This document shows, piece by piece, positions 10,325 through 19,691 of a stretch of DNA of 64,000 nt; the first letter of the stretch is position 1, and each line of letters begins with the position of its first letter. The stretch comes from Candidatus Woesearchaeota archaeon (GTDB taxonomy: Archaea > Nanobdellota > Nanobdellia > Woesearchaeales > UBA583). The DNA lies in assembly GCA_027858315.1 (NCBI GenBank), contig JAQICV010000064.1, positions 4,971-68,970 on the forward strand. The letters run 5' to 3'. The notes beneath the pieces were generated by a model. It worked only from the letters and a program-made list of their open reading frames with translations. It was not told where the DNA came from and did no database searches. The position numbers and the translations under genes are program-made.

Positions 10325-10621
10325 ATGGGCAAAATCATTGGTCTAAAAAATTTAAACGATAATAAAATAATCTTAAATCTTGAAGTTAATTTAGGAGAGT
10401 CTATAAGACTAAAAGGAAATTTAGAAAATATTCAAATTTTTTCTGAAAATAATCTTGCATCAAATACTAGAATAGTAAAAAGAGGCAAAAGAGAATCCAC
10501 AAAATATATACTAATTCCTAAAGAATATAGGGATGAAATTCAACCAAGTGAGAACATTCGTTGTAAAAAAATTGATTGTTTAGATAAAAGTTTTCTAGTC
10601 TTTGAAATTCCAAAAATTTAA
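10325..10621 (+). CDS. hypothetical protein
   Basis: 98-aa ORF between uL15 and map. No recognisable motif. Confidence 0.35.
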   Translation: MGKIIGLKNLNDNKIILNLEVNLGESIRLKGNLENIQIFSENNLASNTRIVKRGKRESTKYILIPKEYRDEIQPSENIRCKKIDCLDKSFLVFEIPKI

Positions 10622-10647
10622 TTTTTCTTACTCAAATAAAAAAAAGA

Positions 10648-10657
10648 TTTATATATA
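10648..10657 (+). promoter_or_regulatory. TATA-box-like element for map
   Basis: TTTATATATA lies 30 nt upstream of the ATG at 10678. Confidence 0.45.
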
Positions 10658-10677
10658 AACTAAAATAAGTATAAATT

Positions 10678-11619
10678 ATGGGCGAACTAGATATAGATAT
10701 TCTTAAAGAATTGGGTAAATTTACTCACGATTTAAGAAAAAGAGTATCAACTATTCCTAAAGTTGGAACTAGTATAACAGAATTAATAGATTTTGTAGAA
10801 TCTGAGATATTTAAAGCTGGTTACATGCCTGCTTTCCCCTGTGGAGTATCAATCAATGAAATTGCTGCCCACTATACTGTTTTTAATGAAGATATTTTAT
10901 TAAAAAAAGGAGATGTTGTAAAAATTGATTTTGGGGTTACTCATGAAGGTTTTATAACAGATAATGCAATAACACTCGAAATTGAAGATAATAAATATGA
11001 GAAATTAATGCAAGCAAACTTAGAAGCACTAAATAAAGCAGTTGAATTAATAAATGTCGGAGTAAGTTTACATGAGATTGGAAAAGCGGTTAATGAAATT
11101 GCTAAAAAAAATGGATTTAATACAATTCATAATCTCTCTGGACACCAAATTGGCAAAAATGATTTACACTGTGGCTTAAGTATTCCAAATTATGGGAATT
11201 TAAATAATAGTAAAATTAAAGAAGATTGTGAATTTGCAATTGAACCTTTTTTTACAAAAGGAGAACCAAAAGTAAAATCAATTGGTTCTTCAAATCATAT
11301 GCATTTAGCAAAAGACAAACCTATTAGAGATCCTATCGCTAAAAAAGTATTAATTTATATTAAGGAAAATTTTCCTGAACTACCATTTTCAAAAAGATGG
11401 TTACTAAAAGATGTTATAACAAAAATTAATCCAAATATTAAAGGCAAGGAAAAAGGTTTTGATTTAAGAAAAGTAAATTACGCTGTAAAAATTTTAAAAG
11501 ATCATGGTATATTGTACGAATATGACTGTTTGGTATCAAATGATGGAAGTATAATTACACAGTTTGAAGATAGCGTAGTTTTTGATAAAGATAAAAAAAT
11601 CGTTTTAACGAGATTATAA
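10678..11619 (+). CDS. map: type 2 methionine aminopeptidase
   Basis: Pita-bread metal-ligand context (AHYTV, DFGV.HEGFITD, SGHQIG, EPF) with an archaeal-type C-terminal insert. Confidence 0.85.
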   Translation: MGELDIDILKELGKFTHDLRKRVSTIPKVGTSITELIDFVESEIFKAGYMPAFPCGVSINEIAAHYTVFNEDILLKKGDVVKIDFGVTHEGFITDNAITLEIEDNKYEKLMQANLEALNKAVELINVGVSLHEIGKAVNEIAKKNGFNTIHNLSGHQIGKNDLHCGLSIPNYGNLNNSKIKEDCEFAIEPFFTKGEPKVKSIGSSNHMHLAKDKPIRDPIAKKVLIYIKENFPELPFSKRWLLKDVITKINPNIKGKEKGFDLRKVNYAVKILKDHGILYEYDCLVSNDGSIITQFEDSVVFDKDKKIVLTRL

Positions 11620-11620
11620 A

Positions 11621-12214
11621 ATGGAAGAAATTGAAATTAAAATTAGAAATATCAATAAAAAAGATATTATCGAGAAAATTGAAAAATTAGGAGGTCAAAA
11701 GAATTTTACAGGTAAAGTTATTGATTTTAGATTTGACACTCCAGATAGAAAATTATCAAAGCAAGGAAAAGCTTTAAGAATTAGGCAAAAAGGAAGATAC
11801 ATCTTTTTGAACCTTAAAGGAAAAAAGAAATCCATTCAAAATATTACTGGTAGGGATGAAATTGGTGTAAAATTAAGTAATGGTAAAATTATGCACAAAA
11901 TCTTAAACGAATTAGGTTTCATTAAAATATTTGAATTAAACAAATATAGAACTGAATACAAATTACTTGAAGTAAAGTTTGACATTGATGAATACTTAGG
12001 AATGCCTCCAATCTTAGAAATTGAAGGAGATAGCTACGAAATAGTAGAAGAATACATTGAAAAATTAGGCATTGATGCTGAAAATATCGGAAGAGTCTAC
12101 ATCAGAGAAATACTTGCAGCAAAAAGAAAATACGATGAAAGAAGAGCTCTACACAGCAAACCTGTAGAAACTCCAACAAACGAACACAAAATCAATTACA
12201 AAGAAATCATGTAA
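11621..12214 (+). CDS. CYTH-domain triphosphatase / class IV adenylate cyclase-like protein
   Basis: N-terminal EIEIK (ExExK) motif and the length and pattern typical of CyaB/CYTH proteins. Confidence 0.7.
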   Translation: MEEIEIKIRNINKKDIIEKIEKLGGQKNFTGKVIDFRFDTPDRKLSKQGKALRIRQKGRYIFLNLKGKKKSIQNITGRDEIGVKLSNGKIMHKILNELGFIKIFELNKYRTEYKLLEVKFDIDEYLGMPPILEIEGDSYEIVEEYIEKLGIDAENIGRVYIREILAAKRKYDERRALHSKPVETPTNEHKINYKEIM

Positions 12215-12228
12215 TTGATTTTTATTTT

Positions 12229-12522
12229 TCAAATGCTATGAGTATATACTAAACATTTTACATATAATTCTTTTATGTTTCCAGGTATTATTTGTTTCCC
12301 ATCAAATTCTTCAGATATAAAATATAGACAATCAAAAGTTAATGCTCCCGGAAACTTTTCTTCTGTCTTTATCATTAACTCTTGTTCTAATTGTCTAAAT
12401 TTCTGTTTGTCACCAAATATTTGAGAGTTCATTCTACAAGTTGTAAGGTTGGAAGCGAGTGAATAGAAGCTAACTTCTTCGCCTCTTTCTATTAATTCTT
12501 TAATAAATTCTTCCTTATTCAT
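12229..12522 (-). CDS. hypothetical protein
   Basis: The ORF was trimmed to the ATG at 12522 (MNKEEFIKEL...). The longer ORF-track model runs into the tRNA gene. Confidence 0.4.
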   Translation of the reverse strand: MNKEEFIKELIERGEEVSFYSLASNLTTCRMNSQIFGDKQKFRQLEQELMIKTEEKFPGALTFDCLYFISEEFDGKQIIPGNIKELYVKCLVYTHSI

Positions 12523-12578
12523 AAAAATTAATATTCTGTAAAAGTATATAAGGTTTGTTGAAAATTCAAAATAAGAAG

Positions 12579-12651
12579 TGAGGACGGAAGGATTTGAACC
12601 CCCATCTGCCGCTCTGGAGGCGGCCATTCTGCCAGGTTATACTACGTCCCC
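12579..12651 (-). tRNA. trnW: tRNA-Trp (anticodon CCA), intronless, no encoded CCA end
   Basis: 73-nt GC-rich island in AT-rich DNA. Acceptor stem GGGGACG/CGTCCTC. Anticodon stem GCCGC/GCGGC with loop CTCCAGA. T arm GGGGG-TTCAAAT-CCTTC. The D stem pairs weakly (GTAT/GAAT). Confidence 0.85.
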
Positions 12652-12792
12652 ACAAGAACTAGTAATAATTCAAATCTTAACTTCCTTTTAAAGTTTTTTA
12701 ATTTCTTGAAACATTTTCATTGTTTTTGATTTGTAAAATTCCTTATTTATGACTACAAATATTTTTAAATCCAAATCAAAATAGTTAATATT

Positions 12793-13023
12793 ATGGCAAA
12801 AAGAGAAAATATATTGCCTTTTGCTCCAATTGGGAAGCTAATTCAAGACTCAACAGGAAAAAGGGTCTCAAAAGATGCAAAAGAAACAGCTGCGCAGATA
12901 CTCGAAGAAGTAACTGAAAAAATCATAAAAAAAGCAGCATTAATTACAGAACATTCTAAAAGAAAAACTGTAAAAAGTAAAGATATAAATCTTGCATACA
13001 ATCAAGTAAAGGGTGAATTATGA
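12793..13023 (+). CDS. archaeal histone (HMf family)
   Basis: 76 aa. LPFAPIGKLI...RVSKDAKE...HSKRKTVKSKDI matches the archaeal histone-fold pattern. Confidence 0.85.
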   Translation: MAKRENILPFAPIGKLIQDSTGKRVSKDAKETAAQILEEVTEKIIKKAALITEHSKRKTVKSKDINLAYNQVKGEL

Positions 13024-13090
13024 TGAAAGAAACAATTTATGAAATAAATTTTAATTTCGTCCAAAAATCACCAAGAGGGGATTTTTGAGA

Positions 13091-13291
13091 ATGAAAGGAC
13101 TACCAATTTTAGCACTAGAGAGATTAATGAAAGAAAAAGGAGCCGAAAGAGTTTCAGATGATGCAAAAGAAGAATTAAAGAAAATCTTGGAAAATTATCT
13201 CTACGACTTATCTCAAAAAGCATCAAAAATTGCTTCACATTCAGGAAGAAAAACAATTAATTCTGGAGATCTATTAATTGCTAAAGAGTAG
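13091..13291 (+). CDS. archaeal histone (HMf family), second copy
   Basis: 66 aa. LPILALERLMKEKGAERVSDDAKE...HSGRKTINSGDL. The ATG at 13091 is preceded by AGAGGGGA; the ORF-track start at 13085 is a TTG. Confidence 0.85.
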   Translation: MKGLPILALERLMKEKGAERVSDDAKEELKKILENYLYDLSQKASKIASHSGRKTINSGDLLIAKE

Positions 13292-13416
13292 TCTCTAAAA
13301 ATCAATTATTTTTATATAATTACTTTAAAGATATTAATAAACTTTATAAAGTCAATATAGGTCATTTTATATAAAGGTTTAAAAAGTTTTCTAAAAAGTG
13401 CATAAAAAGGAACAAA

Positions 13417-14373
13417 ATGGTTGATGAACATATAAAAAAATGTCCTGACTGTGGTGGAACTAACTTATACCACAACAAAGATAGAGGAGAAATTGTCTGT
13501 AGAACATGCGGATTAGTGATTGATAATAAAAATATTTCTCTTGGAAAAGAATGGAGAGATTTTGAAGAAGACGATGATTCTGAAATGAGAAGATCTGGAG
13601 CTCCAACTTCATATACAAAATACGACTTAGGTATGGGAACTGCAATTGGTTCTGAGAGTGATACTTATTCGTTAGACAAAAAACAAAGATACAAACTACA
13701 AAGATTAAAGAGATGGCAAAAAAGGTTATCTACTGTAATGGAAAAAAATCTTAAAATTGCTCTAGGGGAATTAAGAAGATTATCATCTTACTTAAATCTA
13801 CCAACTTCAATTGAAGAAGAAGCAGGTAAAATTTATACTGAAGCTGTTCAAAAAAATTTGGTTAGGGGAAGAAGTATTGAGAGTGTTGTTGCAGGAGTAA
13901 TTTATGCAGCATGTAGAAGACAAAACATTCCAAGAACCTTAGATGAGATTTCTGAAGCATCAGGAATTGACAAAAAAGAAATTGGAAGATCATATAGATA
14001 TGTTACAAGAGAATTAAAAATTAAGATTCTACCATCAAATCCAGTAGATTATATTTCAAGATTTGCATCAGTTCTAAACTATAGTCCTGAAACGCAATCA
14101 AGAGGAATCGAGATTTTATCACAAGCACTCTCGTTAGAACTAACTTCTGGAAGAGGACCAATTGGAATTGCAGCAGCAGCTCTATATATTGCCGGACTTT
14201 TAGAAGGAGAAAGAAGAACACAAAGAGACATATCTGAAGTTTCTGGAGTAACTGAAGTTACAATTAGAAATAGATACAAAGAAATAATTACTAAATTAAA
14301 TCTTGAAGACGAAATTAAAAAAATCAAAGCAAAAAATAAGGAGAAGGAAGAAGACAATGAAAGTGGATTATAA
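13417..14373 (+). CDS. tfb: transcription initiation factor IIB
   Basis: N-terminal Zn ribbon (CPDCGG...CRTCG), a B-linker, and two cyclin-fold repeats (RGRSIESVVAGVIYAACR, GRGPIGIAAAALYIAG). Confidence 0.95.
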   Translation: MVDEHIKKCPDCGGTNLYHNKDRGEIVCRTCGLVIDNKNISLGKEWRDFEEDDDSEMRRSGAPTSYTKYDLGMGTAIGSESDTYSLDKKQRYKLQRLKRWQKRLSTVMEKNLKIALGELRRLSSYLNLPTSIEEEAGKIYTEAVQKNLVRGRSIESVVAGVIYAACRRQNIPRTLDEISEASGIDKKEIGRSYRYVTRELKIKILPSNPVDYISRFASVLNYSPETQSRGIEILSQALSLELTSGRGPIGIAAAALYIAGLLEGERRTQRDISEVSGVTEVTIRNRYKEIITKLNLEDEIKKIKAKNKEKEEDNESGL

Positions 14374-15826
14374 ATTAGGATTTATTTTTGTATTATTTAT
14401 TGCATTATTTACTTCAAGTTTTGCTGCAACATATAATCAAAATGGAGATTTAACAGTAGACATTGATTCCTTAAAGGGAAATGTATTTAATGATGATATT
14501 GTACAAACATTCGAATTAGAAGTTTCAAACAATTTGAATTCTAAACAATCAATTCAAATACTAAAACCAACAATAGAAGGATGGGATATTGAAATCTCTG
14601 AAGAAAATCTAGTTTTGGATTCAAATGAAAAACAAATTATTTCACTAAAAATCATTGCTAATGCAAATTTTGATTATGGTAAAAGTGTTGTAAGTCCAGA
14701 TTTATTAAAAATCATACAAAAAGATAATTATGAAGGAAATACTAACTTTTTATTTACAATTTTAGGAAAAAATGAGAATGTATCTTTTAATTATAATTTG
14801 GTTGTTGAGAGAAAAAATACTGCTGAAGAATATAAAATTGAAATTGCAACTCAAAAAATTTCACCAAAACAACCACTTAAATTTTCAATCAAAGGAGAAA
14901 ATGTTGCTTCTGCGCAAACTATTCAAGTTGTATTAAAATATGCAGACAAAGAAGAAGTATTCGAAGACACATTTAGTGCCTCAGAACATTACAAAATTTA
15001 TGAACAAACAATTGAAAACACAATCTCACCTGGTCCTATTTTAGTTGAAATTACAATTCGTCTAAAAAAAGAAAATGGATTAGTATGGGAATGGATTCAA
15101 GAAAAAGATATAATTGTTTCTGAATATACACAATTAGACATAGAAGAAACTAGCAAAAAAGGTTTTTTCAAAAATACTTATACAACTACAGTTACAAATT
15201 TAGGTAACATCGACCAAGAATATCAAAAATCTATTAATGTAAATTTATTTAATTACTTATTCTTCACCTCAAATCTTGAAGAAGAAAGAGTAGATGGAAA
15301 AGCTCAAATAAATATTGGTATTGAAAAAGGTGAAACTAAAGACATAGTTTTCTGGTTTAATTATTTACCAATTTATGTAATATTATTTGTAATAATCATT
15401 TTATCAATTTATATTTATATTCGAAAAAATTCAAACCCTATTGATGTTGAAACTAAAATTTATGAAATTAAAAAAGTAAATCATGAAGGAGTAAAATCTA
15501 TGAAAATTAGAATTGGTTTTGAAAATATAAAAGAACAAATGATTGATGATCTAAGTATAGTATTTAGAATGCCAGGATATTTAAATGTGAAAGATAACAC
15601 ATTCTTATTAACTGAGCCAAATCATGTACTTAAAGGAAAAAATCAATACAAACTAATTTGGGATTTCAAAAAATTTGAAAAAGATGATTCAAGAATATTA
15701 GGATTTGCAGTAATTAATTCAAGAGGAATTTTAGGAGATATTAAAATTCCAGATTTAGAAATTGAAGTAAAATCAAAAGGAAAAATTAGAAGGTACACTA
15801 AATCTTTTCCAATAATTAAAGGATAA
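14357..15826 (+). CDS. secreted/membrane protein of unknown function
   Basis: The ATG at 14357 is preceded by AAGGAGAAGG. Signal peptide LGFIFVLFIALFTSSFA, a large extracytoplasmic domain, one internal TM (LPIYVILFVIIILSIYIYI) and a C-terminal domain. It overlaps the tfb stop by 17 nt. Confidence 0.5.
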   Translation: MKVDYKLGFIFVLFIALFTSSFAATYNQNGDLTVDIDSLKGNVFNDDIVQTFELEVSNNLNSKQSIQILKPTIEGWDIEISEENLVLDSNEKQIISLKIIANANFDYGKSVVSPDLLKIIQKDNYEGNTNFLFTILGKNENVSFNYNLVVERKNTAEEYKIEIATQKISPKQPLKFSIKGENVASAQTIQVVLKYADKEEVFEDTFSASEHYKIYEQTIENTISPGPILVEITIRLKKENGLVWEWIQEKDIIVSEYTQLDIEETSKKGFFKNTYTTTVTNLGNIDQEYQKSINVNLFNYLFFTSNLEEERVDGKAQINIGIEKGETKDIVFWFNYLPIYVILFVIIILSIYIYIRKNSNPIDVETKIYEIKKVNHEGVKSMKIRIGFENIKEQMIDDLSIVFRMPGYLNVKDNTFLLTEPNHVLKGKNQYKLIWDFKKFEKDDSRILGFAVINSRGILGDIKIPDLEIEVKSKGKIRRYTKSFPIIKG

Positions 15827-15832
15827 ATTAAA

Positions 15833-16801
15833 ATGTCAAACCTTTTTAAAAATAAGAAAGGAATATGGGATAAAATAATAATTTTAATGATTATGTTATT
15901 TGTTGTAATGATAGTATGGTCTTCATTTTCTAAAAATTCAGATGCTCTAAAAATTTTAGATGCAGCGCAAATTTATTATGATAATCAATGTGAAATCTCA
16001 GATAAATATTGTGATAAAGTTCTAAAAAATTGTAATGACGAAGAATGTTCCTCAGATGAAGAAAGCATCTTAAAGTTATATTCTGAAATTAAAGATTGTG
16101 ATTATTATGAAGATAGTTGTTCAAAAGAAGAAGAATATAGATGGAATGAATTTAAAGAGAGATTAGAAGATTTAAAATCTGATGAAAAAAGTTCTCTTTC
16201 AAATTCAAATTATGAAAATGTACTTGCAGAAAGTGAAGCTAAAAAAGTTTACGAAGAATTAGACTTAGACAAAGTAATTAGTAAATATTCAACTATTGAT
16301 GATATAAATAAAATAAAATCAATAATCTTAATTGAGACAAAATCTAACCCTTTAGATACTGAAGGTCATCCAACACTTAGATTTGAATGTCATAAATTTA
16401 ATAAATATGTGGGAGCAAATACAATGCCTTGTACAATAAATTCTGGAGAAAGTTTTAGTAGAGTTTCATCTGAAACAAATAAAGATGCGTTCATGAAAGC
16501 AAAGGAAATAGATGAAAGGTCGGCAATATTAAGTACAAGTTTTGGTTTTGGACAAATAATGGGTTTTAATTATCAAAAAGCAGGATATGATAGTCCTGAA
16601 AAATTTTACAAAGATATGTTTGACCCAGAAAAACAAATTGCTGCAATGATTAACTTTATTGAATCAACACCAGTACTAAAAAATGAATTAGATAAAGAAA
16701 ATACTGATTGGAGTATTATCGCAAGAAATTATAATGGTCCCGCTTATGCTGAAAATAGTTATGATGAGAAATTAGAGGATACATTTAAATCTTTATCTTA
16801 A
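15833..16801 (+). CDS. membrane-anchored N-acetylmuramidase-family (PF11860/DUF3380-like) peptidoglycan hydrolase
   Basis: The C-terminal region SFGFGQIMGFNYQKAGYDSPEKFYKDM...DWSIIARNYNGPAYAENSYDEKL matches the muramidase family pattern. The N-terminal TM is followed by a Cys- and acid-rich linker. Confidence 0.75.
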   Translation: MSNLFKNKKGIWDKIIILMIMLFVVMIVWSSFSKNSDALKILDAAQIYYDNQCEISDKYCDKVLKNCNDEECSSDEESILKLYSEIKDCDYYEDSCSKEEEYRWNEFKERLEDLKSDEKSSLSNSNYENVLAESEAKKVYEELDLDKVISKYSTIDDINKIKSIILIETKSNPLDTEGHPTLRFECHKFNKYVGANTMPCTINSGESFSRVSSETNKDAFMKAKEIDERSAILSTSFGFGQIMGFNYQKAGYDSPEKFYKDMFDPEKQIAAMINFIESTPVLKNELDKENTDWSIIARNYNGPAYAENSYDEKLEDTFKSLS

Positions 16802-18021
16802 TCTAATATTTTAAAATCACAACAAACTCTATATTTTCTTGGACTATATTGTCCTACTTTTCTAGTCTCAATAATCTCAACTTCTCGTCCAAATTCCTTT
16901 GCATTCTCTTTTACTGTATTCTCAGTAAAATGAGGGAAATCATTTTCATGTACAAAGTCATACATATGAATAATTGCCCCTTTAGAAGCAACTCTAAAAG
17001 CACTTTCTAAAAAATGTGAAGCATCCTTTGGCAGAGGCATAAAAATCTCATCAAAAAGATTAATATTTAAAAGTCCATCTTTTGAATTTTCTAAATAATT
17101 GATAAGGTAGGTTTTTGTTAAACTATTATCAAACAAATATTTTGTACCCTCAATTTTACAAATAAAATTAAATTTTTGTGAAAACAATACAATATAATTT
17201 ATAATATCTGATTTAACAATAAATTTATCTAGATCCAAAACTAATACATCTTTTGTTGAATTTTTCAAACTATCATATATTTTTTCAATCGTCTGATTAA
17301 TAATATAATTATCATATGAATCTGTTGGTTCTAAGTATTCTTTCAAATGAAGGTTTTGAGTAACTTTTTCTACATCTCCATTAATAAAATTAAATTTTAA
17401 TTTACTAATAATCTCAGTTAAGACTTTTTCATAAATTGGAAAATTATTATTCTTCACAAACTCTAATACAGATTTATATAATTTTGATTTTTTAACTAGA
17501 TTTTTATTCAAATCTATATTTGAAACCGCCAAATCATGACCCATAGGATTAATCTCAATACTGGTAACTCTTTGCAAATTTGGTTGTTTTTTATATGCAA
17601 CAAAACTATAAGGTCCAGCTCCTGAAAACATAACTAGAATTTTTTCATTTTCCTTCAAATTTTCCATAAGTTGCTCTCTCTCTGTTGAAAGTTTTGCAGA
17701 AAAATAAACAACTTCAGGATTAACATTTAATCTAATACCATTTTCTAAATAAAGAGTCTCTTTCTTATTCTCTCCAGTAACATAAATTAAATCTTGAGTT
17801 CTAAATTCTCCGTGATGAACTCCAGATTTTTTTAGAACAGTTTTAATTGAAGAATTAACTTTAAAAATTGCCTCACCAATTTGTTTCCCATAAGCTTCTA
17901 TTTCTTCTGGAACTTCAATAATTGCAATATCTCCAACAACTTCAAATGAACGAAAAGCAACATTTTGCTTATCTTCAGGTAAAATTTCTTTCAAATAATC
18001 TTTAAGAGATGTTTTTTTCAT
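16798..18021 (-). CDS. trm5: Trm5/Taw2-family tRNA methyltransferase with a large internal insertion
   Basis: Met_10-type pattern: SAM-binding MFSGAGPYSF, IEINP, and the catalytic-loop equivalent FMPLPKDA. About 100 extra residues (aa 221-323) sit between the NGDVEKV strand and the MPLP motif. Confidence 0.7.
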   Translation of the reverse strand: MKKTSLKDYLKEILPEDKQNVAFRSFEVVGDIAIIEVPEEIEAYGKQIGEAIFKVNSSIKTVLKKSGVHHGEFRTQDLIYVTGENKKETLYLENGIRLNVNPEVVYFSAKLSTEREQLMENLKENEKILVMFSGAGPYSFVAYKKQPNLQRVTSIEINPMGHDLAVSNIDLNKNLVKKSKLYKSVLEFVKNNNFPIYEKVLTEIISKLKFNFINGDVEKVTQNLHLKEYLEPTDSYDNYIINQTIEKIYDSLKNSTKDVLVLDLDKFIVKSDIINYIVLFSQKFNFICKIEGTKYLFDNSLTKTYLINYLENSKDGLLNINLFDEIFMPLPKDASHFLESAFRVASKGAIIHMYDFVHENDFPHFTENTVKENAKEFGREVEIIETRKVGQYSPRKYRVCCDFKILD

Positions 18022-18113
18022 ATATTTTTAAATATTAATTCATTAAAAAAGGTTTTGTAATATAAAAACAAATACAAAAGATTTATAATATTAAAAGACA
18101 CGAAACCTATAAT

Positions 18114-18374
18114 ATGGATTTAAGTAAAAGAATAATCAAATTAATTTCTGAAAACAAAGATATTGCAATTCAAAGGGGAATAGAACTAATTGAAGGATTT
18201 TCAGAAGAAAATATAGATAGAATAGTATTTGGTGGTGATGGTTCAAAAGATATTGCGCCAAAAGTTAGGTCTTATTTTTTTAAAAAAGATGTTCCAGAAA
18301 TAGTGTACTATGGTGGCAAAATTCCTCAAAATTCAATTGACTCTCCTAATACAAGAATAATATACTGTCCTTAA
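18114..18374 (+). CDS. hypothetical protein
   Basis: 86-aa ORF with a TATA-like GATTTATAATA about 30 nt upstream. No motif recognised. Confidence 0.35.
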   Translation: MDLSKRIIKLISENKDIAIQRGIELIEGFSEENIDRIVFGGDGSKDIAPKVRSYFFKKDVPEIVYYGGKIPQNSIDSPNTRIIYCP

Positions 18375-19691
18375 TTAAAAATCAAAATCATCTTTGATTT
18401 CTCTAATTGCATTAGGGTCCTCACCTCCATGCCATGTAAATCTTGGTTTAACTTGCATGGTATGTAACCTCTCATTCTTATCATCCATAATAATTGCGCA
18501 ACCTCTAGTTCTAGGCATCGAATTAAAAAGAGCTTTTGAACCTTTGGACTCATAACTCAAAAAAATTTTATCAAGTGCTTCTAGGTCAAATGAAGAAGTA
18601 ATCCTGTGAGATAAAACTATGTCTGATTGAGTGATTGCATCTGTATGTATTTTTCCTGGCTGCTGAGTTGCAAGAATTAAACTAACACCTGGTTGACGTC
18701 CTTCTCTAAGAATTGTAATAAGTGCTTGTGAAGATGGGGCTGTATCATCTCTTGGTAAAAACTCATGAGCTTCATCAACAATTAGCCAAGGCATAGGCAA
18801 ATCATCCTTAACATCATCACTCTTAAGAACTTGCGTTTTATTAACAATATCGTATAGTTCTTCTCTTTTCCTAACAAGCATTCTCTCAACAAAAATTTTC
18901 TTAGCAATAATTCCAAGTGTTAATGCTTTAACTTCCCATCCACCAGGCATTGCAACATAAGGTGATAAATCCATAACAGTAACTTTCCCACCAATCAAAA
19001 TTTCTCTAATTGGTCTAGCATTCTTAGAAAAAATACCCCAAGTCTTACAATTCTCAAATCTATTTGTTACAGCAAGCTTAGTTTGGTCATTTAATCTATC
19101 ATCTTTATTAGTAAAATCAAGTACATCATCTATCTCAAAATTCTTCCCTGAATCTAATAATTTATTAATTACTCTTTGGACTGCAACACCTATCGGATCA
19201 TCTGTTCCTAATTTAAATGCATTCATCCAATCTTCAGTACTTAATTCATTAGGTCTAACATAAAATGGAAAATCAACAGGGATTCCATCTTCTTTATATT
19301 TATTATAAAAACCACCTGGAACAAAAATTACAACATCTAAACCTTTACCTTCAAGACCCCATCTCTTAAGAATATCTTCTTCTTTCTTATTGGCGTATTT
19401 CATAGACCAATAAACTCCCATAGTATCAAGTAAAACAAAAGCTAAGTTTTTTGCAATATCTGGGTCCATATCAGCGAGTCCCTCAGCAATCGAACCCATT
19501 GTATAGGACTTTCCTCCTCCTCTCTTTCCACATATAAGCATGGCGTGCGCTCTTGCAACATCCATATAAATTGGATTAGAAAGTGATGAAGTCTGTCCCA
19601 TTTGTACATACTGTTTTCCAATAAAAACTGCACCTTCTTTTCCGTACTTTTTTATATCAGAAGCGCTTCTTCCTAAAACAATATCATACAT
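18375..19691 (-). CDS. HerA/FtsK-like (DUF87-type) P-loop ATPase
   Basis: Walker A GKRGGGKSYTMG, Walker B WLIVDEAHEF, and a downstream ATQQP motif. No NurA-like partner is adjacent. Confidence 0.6.
   Translation of the reverse strand: MYDIVLGRSASDIKKYGKEGAVFIGKQYVQMGQTSSLSNPIYMDVARAHAMLICGKRGGGKSYTMGSIAEGLADMDPDIAKNLAFVLLDTMGVYWSMKYANKKEEDILKRWGLEGKGLDVVIFVPGGFYNKYKEDGIPVDFPFYVRPNELSTEDWMNAFKLGTDDPIGVAVQRVINKLLDSGKNFEIDDVLDFTNKDDRLNDQTKLAVTNRFENCKTWGIFSKNARPIREILIGGKVTVMDLSPYVAMPGGWEVKALTLGIIAKKIFVERMLVRKREELYDIVNKTQVLKSDDVKDDLPMPWLIVDEAHEFLPRDDTAPSSQALITILREGRQPGVSLILATQQPGKIHTDAITQSDIVLSHRITSSFDLEALDKIFLSYESKGSKALFNSMPRTRGCAIIMDDKNERLHTMQVKPRFTWHGGEDPNAIREIKDDFDF

Noticed and set aside
12523-12627. 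N-terminal extension of the ORF-track model 12229-12627 (MAASRAADGGSNPSV...).
   Set aside because: The extension is the reverse-complement reading of the tRNA-Trp gene. An internal ATG at 12522 gives a sensible start outside the tRNA.
13018-13075. ATGATGA at the histone A stop codon, considered as a C box of a C/D box sRNA.
   Set aside because: No D box (CTGA) or terminal stem occurs at a suitable distance, so the match is a coincidence of the stop-codon context.
14303-14356. Lys/Arg-rich 18-codon extension (MKTKLKKSKQKIRRRKKT) of the secreted protein ORF.
   Set aside because: It lies within the tfb coding region in another frame. The ATG at 14357 has a GGAG motif upstream and is followed directly by a signal peptide.
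15833-15925. The muramidase N-terminus NKKGIWDKIIILMIMLFVV, considered as a class III (pilin-like) signal peptide.
   Set aside because: It lacks the usual Gly/Ala followed by Gln/Ala/Ser and a conserved Glu/hydrophobic pattern seen in the two pilins of this window. It is more simply a signal-anchor.
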